A stretch of DNA of 64,000 nucleotides from a virus (lineage: Duplodnaviria > Caudoviricetes). Shown here piece by piece: positions 19,626 to 28,080 of the stretch (position 1 is its first letter; every line of letters begins with the position of its first letter). The notes beneath the pieces were generated by a model that was given only the letters and a program-made list of their open reading frames with translations, was not told the DNA's origin and did no database searches. The stretch spans positions 1 through 64,000 of the IMG/VR virus record IMGVR_UViG_2856153290_000001; one strand, written 5' to 3'. A program made the translations under genes and the position numbers.

Positions 19626-19759
19626 TGCCAGACCTCCCTCAGCTCGCGTTTCAGCTTCATGTCGCGCAGCTTCTGGTCGATGAGTCGGCGGCAGGCGTAG
19701 CGGGAGGCGCCGCGCTGGTCGTTCTGAATGCGTCGCTCGTGCTTCGTGGCTGGTGTCAT
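19622..19759 (-). CDS. Small basic protein, first ORF after the PL-proximal terminator
   Basis: Arg-rich 45 aa; GGAG RBS. Confidence 0.5.
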   Translation of the reverse strand: MTPATKHERRIQNDQRGASRYACRRLIDQKLRDMKLKRELREVWQ

Positions 19760-19779
19760 GCCAGGCTCCAGATGTCCGT

Positions 19780-19804
19780 AAAAAAGCCCGACGGGAAGCC
19801 GGGC
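19780..19804 (-). terminator. tL1-like intrinsic terminator
   Basis: GCCCGGC-ttccc-GTCGGGC hairpin followed by T6 on the minus strand. Confidence 0.75.
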
Positions 19805-20100
19805 AATGTGCAGGGAACTGAAGGGTGATGCCGCTGGCATCGAGAAGCACCCTGACGCCGCAACGGCGGGAGGGTCGGAGACCTACGGCGCCAAGGCGCT
19901 TCTCGATGGCCCCGATATGCTCAGGGCCAGCTGACACGACTGGGCATCGCTCTCTGCCCGGGCTGCCTGCCCGACGCCATGGCCCTCAATTGCCTGGCGC
20001 CCACTTGGTTGGCCGTGCCACCCACGCCTGCTGTTGCACTTAGAGCCTCTACTGGAGGCGGCGTGAGCCCCGTTGTCGCCCCACGGGGAGGGGATCGCAG

Positions 20101-20114
20101 ATTGTGAAAGAGCG
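20101..20114 (-). promoter_or_regulatory. boxA-like antitermination element (nutL-like)
   Basis: CGCTCTTTCACAAT about 30 nt downstream of PL, followed by a CCCCGT/ACGGGG hairpin. Confidence 0.6.
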
Positions 20115-20151
20115 GTGATCCAGTGGGCTGCGTGCCGTGCTGTTGAAATGA

Positions 20152-20214
20152 AGGTTATGCATCAGTGCATATCCTGTCAATGCATTCGTGCAGATAATTT
20201 TGCACGTGTGCATA
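20152..20214 (-). promoter_or_regulatory. PL promoter and OL operators
   Basis: TTGACA (20180-20175)-17 bp-TAACCT; three TGCA-N4-TGCA sites at 20156, 20179 and 20199. Confidence 0.8.
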
Positions 20215-20246
20215 TTCTTTCGCCATGTCAGTAGTTTGCAGGCAAC

Positions 20247-20270
20247 AAAAAAACCCGCCGGGCGGCGGGT
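20247..20270 (-). terminator. Terminator of the cI + accessory-gene transcript
   Basis: ACCCGCC-gccc-GGCGGGT hairpin + T-run on the minus strand. Confidence 0.8.
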
Positions 20271-20303
20271 GGTGGTGGGGTTCTGCGGTTTTCTTGGGGC
20301 TGG

Positions 20304-21077
20304 CTAGGCGATCCGGTGGTGCAGTTTGCGGCGGAGGTCGGCCACGTTGTCCAAGCTGTGAACCATGTCGTTCGCGGCATTCATCAGTCGAGCGCCGTCA
20401 GCCTTGGGTAGGCTGAAGAAGTCAGAGCAGACTACGAAGGAGTCGAAATCGTGATTCTGCTGGATTAGGTGCTGCATAACGATAGTGGAAATTCTTGCCC
20501 TGTCCGGAGTGTTAACGCCAAACAAGTAGAGAGGGCGCCCGATTTTTTTGATAGAAAAATCAACGGGATATAGTTCCGCATCCTCAATGCCGGGAACAAT
20601 GTAGTCCTCTGCCACCTCAGCCTGGCCGATAATCTCGTGGAGGATGCTTCGAAGGTCATCTCGGAATGTTGATTCAACCCTGGGGCGAGACCATAAGCCT
20701 AGGTCTTCGATTCTGGAGGCGCACTGACCAAGGGAAAATAGCCCTCTGAGCAAGCCGTCTGCTGGCACCTCAACGAAGAGCTCGCCATCATTCTCGTTTA
20801 CACCAGACTCGCCAATGATCTGCTGGAACAGTCGCCCCCTGGGACCTGACAAGATCGAATTCAGATCGCTCTCATAGCTGAGCCGCATGAAAGTGGTTCC
20901 CATGTCAGAGATACGCCAACCGCCATCGCCTCGGGATAGATAGACCGTGTGGTGATCGCCGTCCCTAGCTACCAGGGGAAGGGAGACGCGGACGGAGTCC
21001 TTGCGCGCAGTAACTCGCACGTCCTCGCAGAACGCGGAGCAAAGCTGCTTTCTCAAGGAATCTACGTCAATCGTCAT
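20304..21077 (-). CDS. DUF1828-like protein with probable C-terminal PD-(D/E)xK-like region
   Basis: LPLVARDGD...WRISDMGTT N-terminus; YPVDFSI C-terminal motif; low GC. Confidence 0.65.
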   Translation of the reverse strand: MTIDVDSLRKQLCSAFCEDVRVTARKDSVRVSLPLVARDGDHHTVYLSRGDGGWRISDMGTTFMRLSYESDLNSILSGPRGRLFQQIIGESGVNENDGELFVEVPADGLLRGLFSLGQCASRIEDLGLWSRPRVESTFRDDLRSILHEIIGQAEVAEDYIVPGIEDAELYPVDFSIKKIGRPLYLFGVNTPDRARISTIVMQHLIQQNHDFDSFVVCSDFFSLPKADGARLMNAANDMVHSLDNVADLRRKLHHRIA

Positions 21078-21585
21078 CGTTAGTGTTGCCTCCCCACATA
21101 TCGTCATGCACTTCAGAGAGTGGCCCTGCTTGGCCGGGGAATTCTATGGAGCAGTCGCTGCACAATGCAAGGAGCGCCCCATGCAGGCTCTCGTAGCGCT
21201 CGGTACTTTCAGCATAGTGCTCCGCTTTGCGGCCTGCAGCCATATAGCGCTGTGTGGCTTTGTGGATGTGGCACTGATTGATGATTGTTCCCTTACCATC
21301 GAGCGGGTTCTCATGCTCATGGTCGCTGCCGTTGTAACGACAAAGGGTTACGTCCTTGTCTTTGCCTTCTGGGTGGCAGTACTTAAGTCCGCATGAAAAG
21401 GCTTCTTCGATACGGAGATTCTGGCGAAGATACACGATAAACTCTTTGCCACACAAAGACTTGGCCTTATAGCTTTTTTGCTTGGAGCCTTTCTGCTCCC
21501 TCCATTGTGCACGAGGGTTGGTCACGACCTTCTTTACGTTGAGCAGCGAGGCAATCTCTTCGTCAGTCAGAGTAAAATGGTCCAT
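21067..21585 (-). CDS. Hypothetical protein (partner of the DUF1828-like protein)
   Basis: LCRYNGSDHEHENP...CHIH motif; low GC; overlaps the downstream gene. Confidence 0.7.
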   Translation of the reverse strand: MDHFTLTDEEIASLLNVKKVVTNPRAQWREQKGSKQKSYKAKSLCGKEFIVYLRQNLRIEEAFSCGLKYCHPEGKDKDVTLCRYNGSDHEHENPLDGKGTIINQCHIHKATQRYMAAGRKAEHYAESTERYESLHGALLALCSDCSIEFPGQAGPLSEVHDDMWGGNTNDDD

Positions 21586-21639
21586 GTCACCCTCATGAGA
21601 TGCCCCTGTGCATTTTCTTCATCGTGAGTTTCTCGGCAC

Positions 21640-22323
21640 TTAGCGCAATCGCATGTCAGCGACCACCACGCCTACCACGCGGCAGTTGCCGTTGATCTTG
21701 ATGTAGGGCTCGTGCCAGGCCGGGTTCAGCGCCTTGAGCATGCGGCCATGCCCCGGCTCCTCGATCAGCCGCTTGAACGTCGCTTCGCCAGTTTCGGTCA
21801 TGACCGCCACCACGTCCTTGCCGTTCTCTGGCGCGCGCTCCGGGTCGACATAGATCAGCGTGCCCGGCAGGTACTCAGGCGCCATGGACTCGCCGACCAC
21901 CCTGAGCACGAAGGTCTGCTCCGAAGCGCCGGCGGGGCGGGGGTGCCAGGTGATGGCTTCTGGGTCCCGCTCGACGTGGCAGACCTCGGTCCAGGCGCCG
22001 GCCTGTACCCAGCTGATTTCTGGGCACAGTCCAATGGCTTGAGGGGCAGGGGCTACGTCTTTTGACTTAGGCAGGTCGTGAGTCCGAAGGGAGAACAGGT
22101 CAGCGAGCTCAACAGGCTGCCGGCCACGGAGCTGGTCTGTGGTCACGCCAAAATATTCAGCGAGCTTCTGCACCTGCCTGTCCGTTGGGCTCTCGATTTT
22201 CCCTTGCAGGATTCTGGACAGCGTCGATTGGGCCACACCGCTTTCGCGAGCAACCTCAGTCGGCCTTTTTCCCGACGCCTCGATCAGCCGTGCCAAGACG
22301 TCTTTTGTTCTCTCTTTTTGCAT
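21640..22323 (-). CDS. cI: CI-like repressor (XRE HTH + S24 peptidase)
   Basis: HTH EVARESGVAQSTLSRIL; VQAG cleavage site; VVGESM Ser and TFKRL Lys. Confidence 0.93.
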   Translation of the reverse strand: MQKERTKDVLARLIEASGKRPTEVARESGVAQSTLSRILQGKIESPTDRQVQKLAEYFGVTTDQLRGRQPVELADLFSLRTHDLPKSKDVAPAPQAIGLCPEISWVQAGAWTEVCHVERDPEAITWHPRPAGASEQTFVLRVVGESMAPEYLPGTLIYVDPERAPENGKDVVAVMTETGEATFKRLIEEPGHGRMLKALNPAWHEPYIKINGNCRVVGVVVADMRLR

Positions 22324-22399
22324 GGATGCAATGATTGCCCGGCCAGATGCATAGGGCAAATGCATTTCACGTTGACAATTATGCATTGATGCATATCCT
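22317..22399. promoter_or_regulatory. OR region: PR, PRM and operators
   Basis: PR TTGACA (22372)-16 bp-TATCCT; operators TATGCATTGATGCATA (22380) and TTTGCATGGATGCAAT (22317); minus-strand TTGCCC-17-AATCAT just upstream of the cI ATG. Confidence 0.75.
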
Positions 22400-22431
22400 G
22401 TGTCATAGAAACGTCTTCCGAGGTTAAGGCC

Positions 22432-22629
22432 ATGCATGGCACAGAACTCGCAGAAAAGCTGGAGGCACTCCTTGCTTCCGGCGTCACGTACAAGGCGATC
22501 GCTGAGCGTGCTGGATGTGACGCCTCGACGATCTATCGCATCAGGTCTGGGGCTATCACCAATCCGTTGTACTCCACCGGCAGGGCTATCGATGAGATGC
22601 ATGCCGAGTTGAAGCCTCGCGCCGCCTGA
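22432..22629 (+). CDS. cro: Cro-like HTH protein
   Basis: 65 aa, divergent from cI; YKAIAERAGCDASTIYRIRSG. Confidence 0.85.
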   Translation: MHGTELAEKLEALLASGVTYKAIAERAGCDASTIYRIRSGAITNPLYSTGRAIDEMHAELKPRAA

Positions 22630-22662
22630 CATCCACCCTATCCAGAGGAGGGAGCCCCTGCC

Positions 22663-23286
22663 ATGTCCGAAACCCGACACCCCAGCCGTGACGCTCTGCT
22701 GCGCGATGCCCTTGGTCGCCTGCGAGAGCAGCGCGGCATCGCCTGCGAGCGCTTCGCCCGCGAACTCAACCGCCAGGTGATGGCGTGCTGCCCGGCCAAG
22801 GCGGCCGACCTTCACCTGCCCGATCTGGATGGTTTCACCACGGTAGGGGATGAGTACGACCACGCGGTGATGAGTTGGGCCAAGCGCGTGCAGCGCTGGG
22901 CCAGCGGTGCCGTTGAGTTCCCGGCCTGGCTGGAGGAGCCCTGGTGTGCAGCGCTTGAGGTATTCGGTGACGACTTTGCTCGCGTCAGCCTGGCACGCCG
23001 CCACGGCTTCATGGGGGTCAAGCGGCCCGAGAGCGGGGATGAGATTTCCTGTGGGTTTGCCGCACTTGGAGAGGTGAGCCGAGAAACCGGGGATGTGATG
23101 GCCGTCATGTCGCGAATGCTTCACGACAACAAGCTGAGTCCGGCGGACCTTCCCATGGCCGACGAGGCGCTGGCCGAGATCGATGATGCCATCGTCGCGT
23201 TGATGAGCACGCGCTCGCTTATCGAGCGCAAGGTGCTGGGTCGCAACCCCGGCGTTCGCCTGGCGGTGGCCAAGAGCGGAGGGTAG
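22663..23286 (+). CDS. CII-like phage regulatory protein
   Basis: Position after cro; C-terminal RETGDV...DNKLSPAD helical bundle. Confidence 0.55.
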   Translation: MSETRHPSRDALLRDALGRLREQRGIACERFARELNRQVMACCPAKAADLHLPDLDGFTTVGDEYDHAVMSWAKRVQRWASGAVEFPAWLEEPWCAALEVFGDDFARVSLARRHGFMGVKRPESGDEISCGFAALGEVSRETGDVMAVMSRMLHDNKLSPADLPMADEALAEIDDAIVALMSTRSLIERKVLGRNPGVRLAVAKSGG

Positions 23287-23289
23287 CCC

Positions 23290-23535
23290 GTGATTATTTC
23301 CAGCGTGTCGGAATTGATCGATGTGGTGGGGAATGGCCGTCTGGCGGCGGCTTGTGACGTCCACCACGCCACCCCTTGGCACTGGCGCACCAAGGGCCTT
23401 CCTGCCCAACCCAAGCGTCGCGCCCAACATTACCGTCGCGTGCTCGCCGATCTGGCGGGCATCAGCACGTCGACGCTCTCCCGGCTCGAAGCCGGCGAGG
23501 AAATCGAGATCGACGATGTACGAAATGCCGGGTAA
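23290..23535 (+). CDS. Small HTH protein
   Basis: LADLAGISTSTLSRLEAG. Confidence 0.5.
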   Translation: MIISSVSELIDVVGNGRLAAACDVHHATPWHWRTKGLPAQPKRRAQHYRRVLADLAGISTSTLSRLEAGEEIEIDDVRNAG

Positions 23536-23608
23536 TGCCCGGACACAACAACGCCCCGCGGTGGCAGCCGATCGGGGCGTTGATGCATTGACATATATGG
23601 AGCTGATT

Positions 23609-24361
23609 ATGAACGACAAACCAACAAACGTCCAGTTGCTGGCCGTGGCTGGTGTCGACGTCCAGCAGGATGCGGAAGGGCGGTTCTGCCTGAATGACCT
23701 GCACCGAGCAGCTGGTGGAGAAAAACGCCAAGCGCCCAACGAGTTCTTCAGGCTCGGCACGACGAAGGAGCTTGTGGGAGAGCTAACCGGAGATTCCCGG
23801 TTTGCCCCTATGAACTCCATGCGGGGCGGATCCACCCCCGGGACCTACGTCTGCAAGGAACTGGTCTACGCCTACGCCATGTGGATCAGCCCCGCCTTTC
23901 ACCTCAAGGTGATCCGCGCCTATGACGCCATGCAGACCCCGGCCGCCGCGGACCCACTTCAGGCGCTCTCCGATCCGGCCACCATGCGCGAGCTGCTGCT
24001 GGGCTACACGGAGAAGGTGCTGGCCCTGGAGTCCACCGTTTCCGAGCAGGCACCCAAGGTTCAGGCCTTCCAGCGCATCGCCGAGAGCGATGGTTCGCTG
24101 TGCCTGACCGATGCCGCCAAGCACCTGCAGGTGCGTCGCAAGGATCTGCTTGCCTGGCTGCAGGTGCACCGCTGGATCTACCGCCGCGCCGGCAACAAGA
24201 ACTGGATCGCCTATCAACCGCGCCTGCACCAAGGCGTGCTCGAGCACAAGGTTTCCACCATCCCCCTGGAAGACGGCGGCGAGAAGGTGTGCGAGCAGGT
24301 CAAGATCACCCGCAAGGGCCTGGCCAAGCTGGCAGAAACCTTCGAGGGGGCTGCGGCATGA
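23609..24361 (+). CDS. Phage antirepressor (KilA-N + KilAC/ANT)
   Basis: GRFCLNDLHRA, GTYVCKELVYAYAMWISPAFHLKV; C-terminal LTDAAKHL...QVKITRKGLAKL. Confidence 0.9.
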   Translation: MNDKPTNVQLLAVAGVDVQQDAEGRFCLNDLHRAAGGEKRQAPNEFFRLGTTKELVGELTGDSRFAPMNSMRGGSTPGTYVCKELVYAYAMWISPAFHLKVIRAYDAMQTPAAADPLQALSDPATMRELLLGYTEKVLALESTVSEQAPKVQAFQRIAESDGSLCLTDAAKHLQVRRKDLLAWLQVHRWIYRRAGNKNWIAYQPRLHQGVLEHKVSTIPLEDGGEKVCEQVKITRKGLAKLAETFEGAAA

Positions 24362-25371
24362 GCAACGTGCTGAAGTTCCCCGAGCGCTTCCATGAGCAGT
24401 CGCAGGCGCCCGCAGAAACGCCAAAGGGGCCTCAAGTGGAGGATGGATACACGAGGATTGCCAATCCGATCATGGACGCATTGTGCTGTGCGGATCTTAC
24501 GTCACGCGAGTTCCGCGTGCTGCACTTCGTGATCCGCACCACCTACGGTTGGAACACCAAGGCATGCCGCATGACAGGAGAGTTTATCGCCAAAAAGGTG
24601 AAGCTCGACCCTTCGCGCTGCTCCAAGGTGCTCAACGAGCTCATTCGTCGCCGCGTGCTGATTCGACATGGTGGAAGTCGCTCTCCGGTATCGCTGAACA
24701 AGCACGTGGAGGAGTGGGAGCCGCGCGAAGGCGCAAAGCGCCAGGCGCCAACCAAACAATCCGACTCGGCCCAAGATGAGCCAACGCCCCCAAAAGGGGC
24801 CGACTCGGCCCAAGATGAGCCGACTCACTCGGCCCAAGATGAGCCTACAAAGAAAGACATGAAAGACATTCCCCCTCTCCCTACGGTCGAGGGGGAAGGC
24901 CCCTCCCCGGAAACCGGACAGAAACCGGAAGCCGAGAAACCCAAGCCCAAGGCGAAGCCCAAGGGCGGTACCAAGCCCAAGGCGGCAAAGCTCGACCTGA
25001 GCCAACTGCCTGACGGCGTGTCGCTGGAGGCCGTCGAGGGCTTCATCGAGCACCGCAACACGCTGAAGAAACCCCTCACGCAGCGGGCGCTGACGCTCAA
25101 CGTCAACGAGGCGCTGCGTGCTGCCGAACGAATCCCCGGCATGACTGCCGACCAGGCCCTGGACGAGACCGTGATGGCGGGATGGCAGGGCGTGAAGGCC
25201 GATTGGCTGGCACGCCGCCAGGGGGCGACCGAAAACCCCGCCAAGGGCATGAACCCAGCTGAGCGGCTGCACGCTGCCAACCAGCAGGCCATCCGCGAAG
25301 CCGTGGAGCGCCGCAATGCCGATGCCGAGTGCAAAGGCGACCTGTTCGACAACGACGGAGGGCACTGGTGA
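24358..25371 (+). CDS. Lambda-O-like replication initiator
   Basis: VEDGYTRIANPIMDAL...LTSREFRVLHFVIRTTYGWN; internal iterons. Confidence 0.88.
   Translation: MSNVLKFPERFHEQSQAPAETPKGPQVEDGYTRIANPIMDALCCADLTSREFRVLHFVIRTTYGWNTKACRMTGEFIAKKVKLDPSRCSKVLNELIRRRVLIRHGGSRSPVSLNKHVEEWEPREGAKRQAPTKQSDSAQDEPTPPKGADSAQDEPTHSAQDEPTKKDMKDIPPLPTVEGEGPSPETGQKPEAEKPKPKAKPKGGTKPKAAKLDLSQLPDGVSLEAVEGFIEHRNTLKKPLTQRALTLNVNEALRAAERIPGMTADQALDETVMAGWQGVKADWLARRQGATENPAKGMNPAERLHAANQQAIREAVERRNADAECKGDLFDNDGGHW
24764..24870 (+). repeat. Replication origin: three 19-bp iterons + A-rich tract
   Basis: ACTCGGCCCAAGATGAGCC at 24764, 24803 and 24827, then ACAAAGAAAGACATGAAAGACATT. Confidence 0.8.
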
Positions 25372-26054
25372 TGATCGACCGCGATTTCGAGGCATTCGCC
25401 GAGGTGTGGAGCCAGGCACAGGAGATCTACAACCGCAGCGTGACGTCCGGCACCATCGAGCTGGTTTTCCGCGCCCTGCAGGGGCTTGAGCTGGAGGAGG
25501 TGCAGCGGGCGCTGACCCTGCACATCCAGAGCCCTGACACCGGCCAGTTCCCGCCTAAGCCCGGCGACGTCATCAAGTACGCGCGTGGCGACAGCCAGAG
25601 CCGCACCCTGCAAGCCTGGGCGAAGGTGGAGCGCGCGATCCGCAGCGTGGGGCACTATCGCGACGTGTGCTTCGACGATCCGCTGATCCACGCCGCGATC
25701 GAGCGCATGGGCGGCTGGCCCAAGGTGGCCATGGTCGACACCGAGCGGGATATCGTCTGGCTGCGTCAGCGCTTCGAGGCGCAGTACCGCGCCTATGCCA
25801 TCCACCGCCCCGAGGAGTGGCCGGCCTTCCTGGCTGGTGTGGCGACCCAGCAGAACACGCAGATCGGCCAGCATTCCCGCGGGCGCCTTCCCGGCAAGGA
25901 TATCGCCGTCATCGGCGACCAGCGTCGCGCCATGCAGGTCGCCGAGCGTGGCCGCGGCGCCCTGGCCAACGGCACGCAGGTCAGCCGAGTGACTGGCGGC
26001 CAGCTGGCGGGGCTGATCGAGAACATGCAGACCAAGCAGCGAGGTGCGGCATGA
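25371..26054 (+). CDS. DUF6475-like replication partner (P position)
   Basis: GQFPPKPGD, VGHYRDVCFDDPLIHAAIERMGGW. Confidence 0.7.
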   Translation: MIDRDFEAFAEVWSQAQEIYNRSVTSGTIELVFRALQGLELEEVQRALTLHIQSPDTGQFPPKPGDVIKYARGDSQSRTLQAWAKVERAIRSVGHYRDVCFDDPLIHAAIERMGGWPKVAMVDTERDIVWLRQRFEAQYRAYAIHRPEEWPAFLAGVATQQNTQIGQHSRGRLPGKDIAVIGDQRRAMQVAERGRGALANGTQVSRVTGGQLAGLIENMQTKQRGAA

Positions 26055-26602
26055 CCCAGCTCAATCTCAGCCCCCAAGCCCGCCAGGCACTGCATGCCGT
26101 TGTGTTCGCCGAGGAGCGCGAAGCCCGCGTCGAGGCATTGCTGCGCTTCGGCACCGAGGCCGGCGCCCGCGCTCTGCTGGAGATGGTTGCCGATCTGGTG
26201 ACCCTGGCCGACCAGGTGATCGACAACGGTCGCGAGCATGCCGTCGACCTGCTGATTCAGGAAACCGACATGCACCCGTACTCGGCAGAGAAGCTCAACT
26301 ACCCGAGCCTGAAAGGCGCGCTGGTGGGGCTCGAAGCCGCCGAAAGGGTACCGGCCCACGCCCGTGATCGTGTCTGCCCGGGTTGCGCCTACCGGCCGGG
26401 CAGCGTTGCCAATCAGTGCTTCACTACGCAGACCGACGCCGACTGCGTGTTGGAGAGCGGCGACGCCTTCCTGTGCCATGCCCGCGGCCTCGATGACGTG
26501 ACCGACGAGCCGACCCGCCCCTGCATCGGCCACGCCTACGCCGCCAGGCAGCACGCCAAAGACTGCATGGAGGACCATCACGGCCCCGAGGGGGCGGCAT
26601 GA
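26051..26602 (+). CDS. Hypothetical Cys/His-rich protein
   Basis: CPGCAYR...FLCH...PCIGH; ATGA overlaps. Confidence 0.65.
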   Translation: MTQLNLSPQARQALHAVVFAEEREARVEALLRFGTEAGARALLEMVADLVTLADQVIDNGREHAVDLLIQETDMHPYSAEKLNYPSLKGALVGLEAAERVPAHARDRVCPGCAYRPGSVANQCFTTQTDADCVLESGDAFLCHARGLDDVTDEPTRPCIGHAYAARQHAKDCMEDHHGPEGAA

Positions 26603-27057
26603 ACCGCTCCGCTTCCGCCAATCAGGTCGAGTACGTGATCCAGCACCCGGGGCAGCTGGCCCCGGTCATGAGCCAGGCCATGGCGATGGCCGGTCGCGGC
26701 CTCAGAGGCGGTCCGGTGCGCGTGGTCCTGACCCGCATCGAGGAGAAGCGCACCGACAGCCAGAACAAGAAGCTGTGGCCGATGCTCAGCGACCTGTCCA
26801 CGCAGGTGGTGTGGCACGGCGTCAAGCTGGCCCCGCACGAGTGGAAGGACCTGGCCACGGCGGCACTGAAGCGTCACCGCATGGTGCCCGGCATGGATGG
26901 CGGCTTCGTCATGGTCGGGCTCAGCACCAGTCGCATGAGTAAGCGCGTGTTCTGCGACCTGATCGAATGCCTGTACGCCTTCGGTACCGAGCAGGGCGTC
27001 CAGTGGAGCGAGCCCGCTCTGGCCCTCTACGAGGAGTACAAGGAGGCCCGCCAGTGA
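26599..27057 (+). CDS. ninB: NinB recombination protein
   Basis: KRTDSQNKKLWPMLSDLS...EWKD...GLSTSRM. Confidence 0.88.
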   Translation: MNRSASANQVEYVIQHPGQLAPVMSQAMAMAGRGLRGGPVRVVLTRIEEKRTDSQNKKLWPMLSDLSTQVVWHGVKLAPHEWKDLATAALKRHRMVPGMDGGFVMVGLSTSRMSKRVFCDLIECLYAFGTEQGVQWSEPALALYEEYKEARQ

Positions 27058-27401
27058 TCCCCAAGAGCAAGGCCTGGCGCTCTGAGCGCTATCTGGCATG
27101 GGTGCGCAGCCTGCCGTGCTGCATGACCGGCGAGGAGGGCTGTGAGGCTCACCACGTCATCGGCCTGGGGTGGGGCCTGTCCGGATGGGGGCTCAAGGCG
27201 CCTGACTCGTTCGTGATGCCGCTGACCCCGTGGGCGCATCGCATGGTCCACCAGCGCGCCGAGTGGCAGCCCTGGCAGGTGGAGTGGCTGCAGCAGACGA
27301 TTCGCGCCGGCCTGACCGAGTTCGCCAACGACCCCGACATTCGCGAGCAGCTGACCCACGCGCTCGCCTTCATCGCCGCAAGGGAGGGCGCCACGGCATG
27401 A
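27054..27401 (+). CDS. DUF968-like HNH-type protein
   Basis: YLAWVRSLPCC...EAHH...KAPD...PL. Confidence 0.75.
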   Translation: MIPKSKAWRSERYLAWVRSLPCCMTGEEGCEAHHVIGLGWGLSGWGLKAPDSFVMPLTPWAHRMVHQRAEWQPWQVEWLQQTIRAGLTEFANDPDIREQLTHALAFIAAREGATA

Positions 27402-27868
27402 ACATCATCGGTATCGACCCCGGCAAGTCCGGCGGTATCGCCTCCATCAACGCTGCCGGACAGGCAGCCGGCGACGTGATGCCCATCATCGGCAAGGAGA
27501 TCGACGGCCACGAGCTGGCCCGGATCCTCACCGCGGCCTCTCCCGGACTGGTGATCATCGAGAAGGTCGGCGCCATGCCCAAGCAGGGCGTGACGTCGAC
27601 ATTCACCTTCGGCGCCGGCTATGGCCGCTTGCTGGGCGTGTGCGAGGCCCTGGGCATTCCGTACCGGCTGGTGACCCCGCAGGCCTGGAAGAAGCGCGTG
27701 CTCGCCGGTACCGCCAAGGACAAGGATGCTGCCATTGCGTTCGTGAAGCGCGCCTTCCCCATGGTCGACCTCACGCCGGGCAAGAAGCGGGTGCCCCACG
27801 ATGGTATCGCCGATGCCGTATGCCTGGCCGAGTACGGCCGTCAGCTCATGGCCAAGGGGGCGGCGTGA
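27398..27868 (+). CDS. RuvC-like Holliday junction resolvase
   Basis: IGIDPGKSGG, VIIEKV, VTPQAWK, DGIADA. Confidence 0.85.
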   Translation: MNIIGIDPGKSGGIASINAAGQAAGDVMPIIGKEIDGHELARILTAASPGLVIIEKVGAMPKQGVTSTFTFGAGYGRLLGVCEALGIPYRLVTPQAWKKRVLAGTAKDKDAAIAFVKRAFPMVDLTPGKKRVPHDGIADAVCLAEYGRQLMAKGAA

Positions 27869-28065
27869 CGGCAACCAAGCTGGAGTGGCAGCGGGTCAGC
27901 AACTATTGCATCCGGGCCGGGCAGTACCGCATCGCCAAGGTGGTGCTCGGCGGAGACGAATGGTTCGAGCTGCATGCCGGCGAAGAGCACCTGGGCATGT
28001 GGCGTGGCAATGCGGCTGCCGCGAAACGGGCCGCGCAGAAGCATAACGACGGGTTGAAGGGCTGA
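27865..28065 (+). CDS. Small hypothetical protein
   Basis: GTGA overlap with the upstream stop. Confidence 0.55.
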   Translation: MTATKLEWQRVSNYCIRAGQYRIAKVVLGGDEWFELHAGEEHLGMWRGNAAAAKRAAQKHNDGLKG

Positions 28066-28080
28066 CGACTGGGGGTTGGC

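Noticed and set aside
23549-23581. Hairpin AACGCCCCG...CGGGGCGTT before the antirepressor gene
   Set aside because: No clear U-tract; such hairpins are common before lambdoid early genes and the function is not supportable
21640-23835. 731-aa ORF in the track ending in the repressor
   Set aside because: The N-terminal extension is antisense to cro/cII/ant; the real cI starts at 22323
24764-24845. 19-bp direct repeats as a possible mini-CRISPR
   Set aside because: Gaps of only 20 and 5 bp, inside an O-like gene, no cas genes; these are iterons
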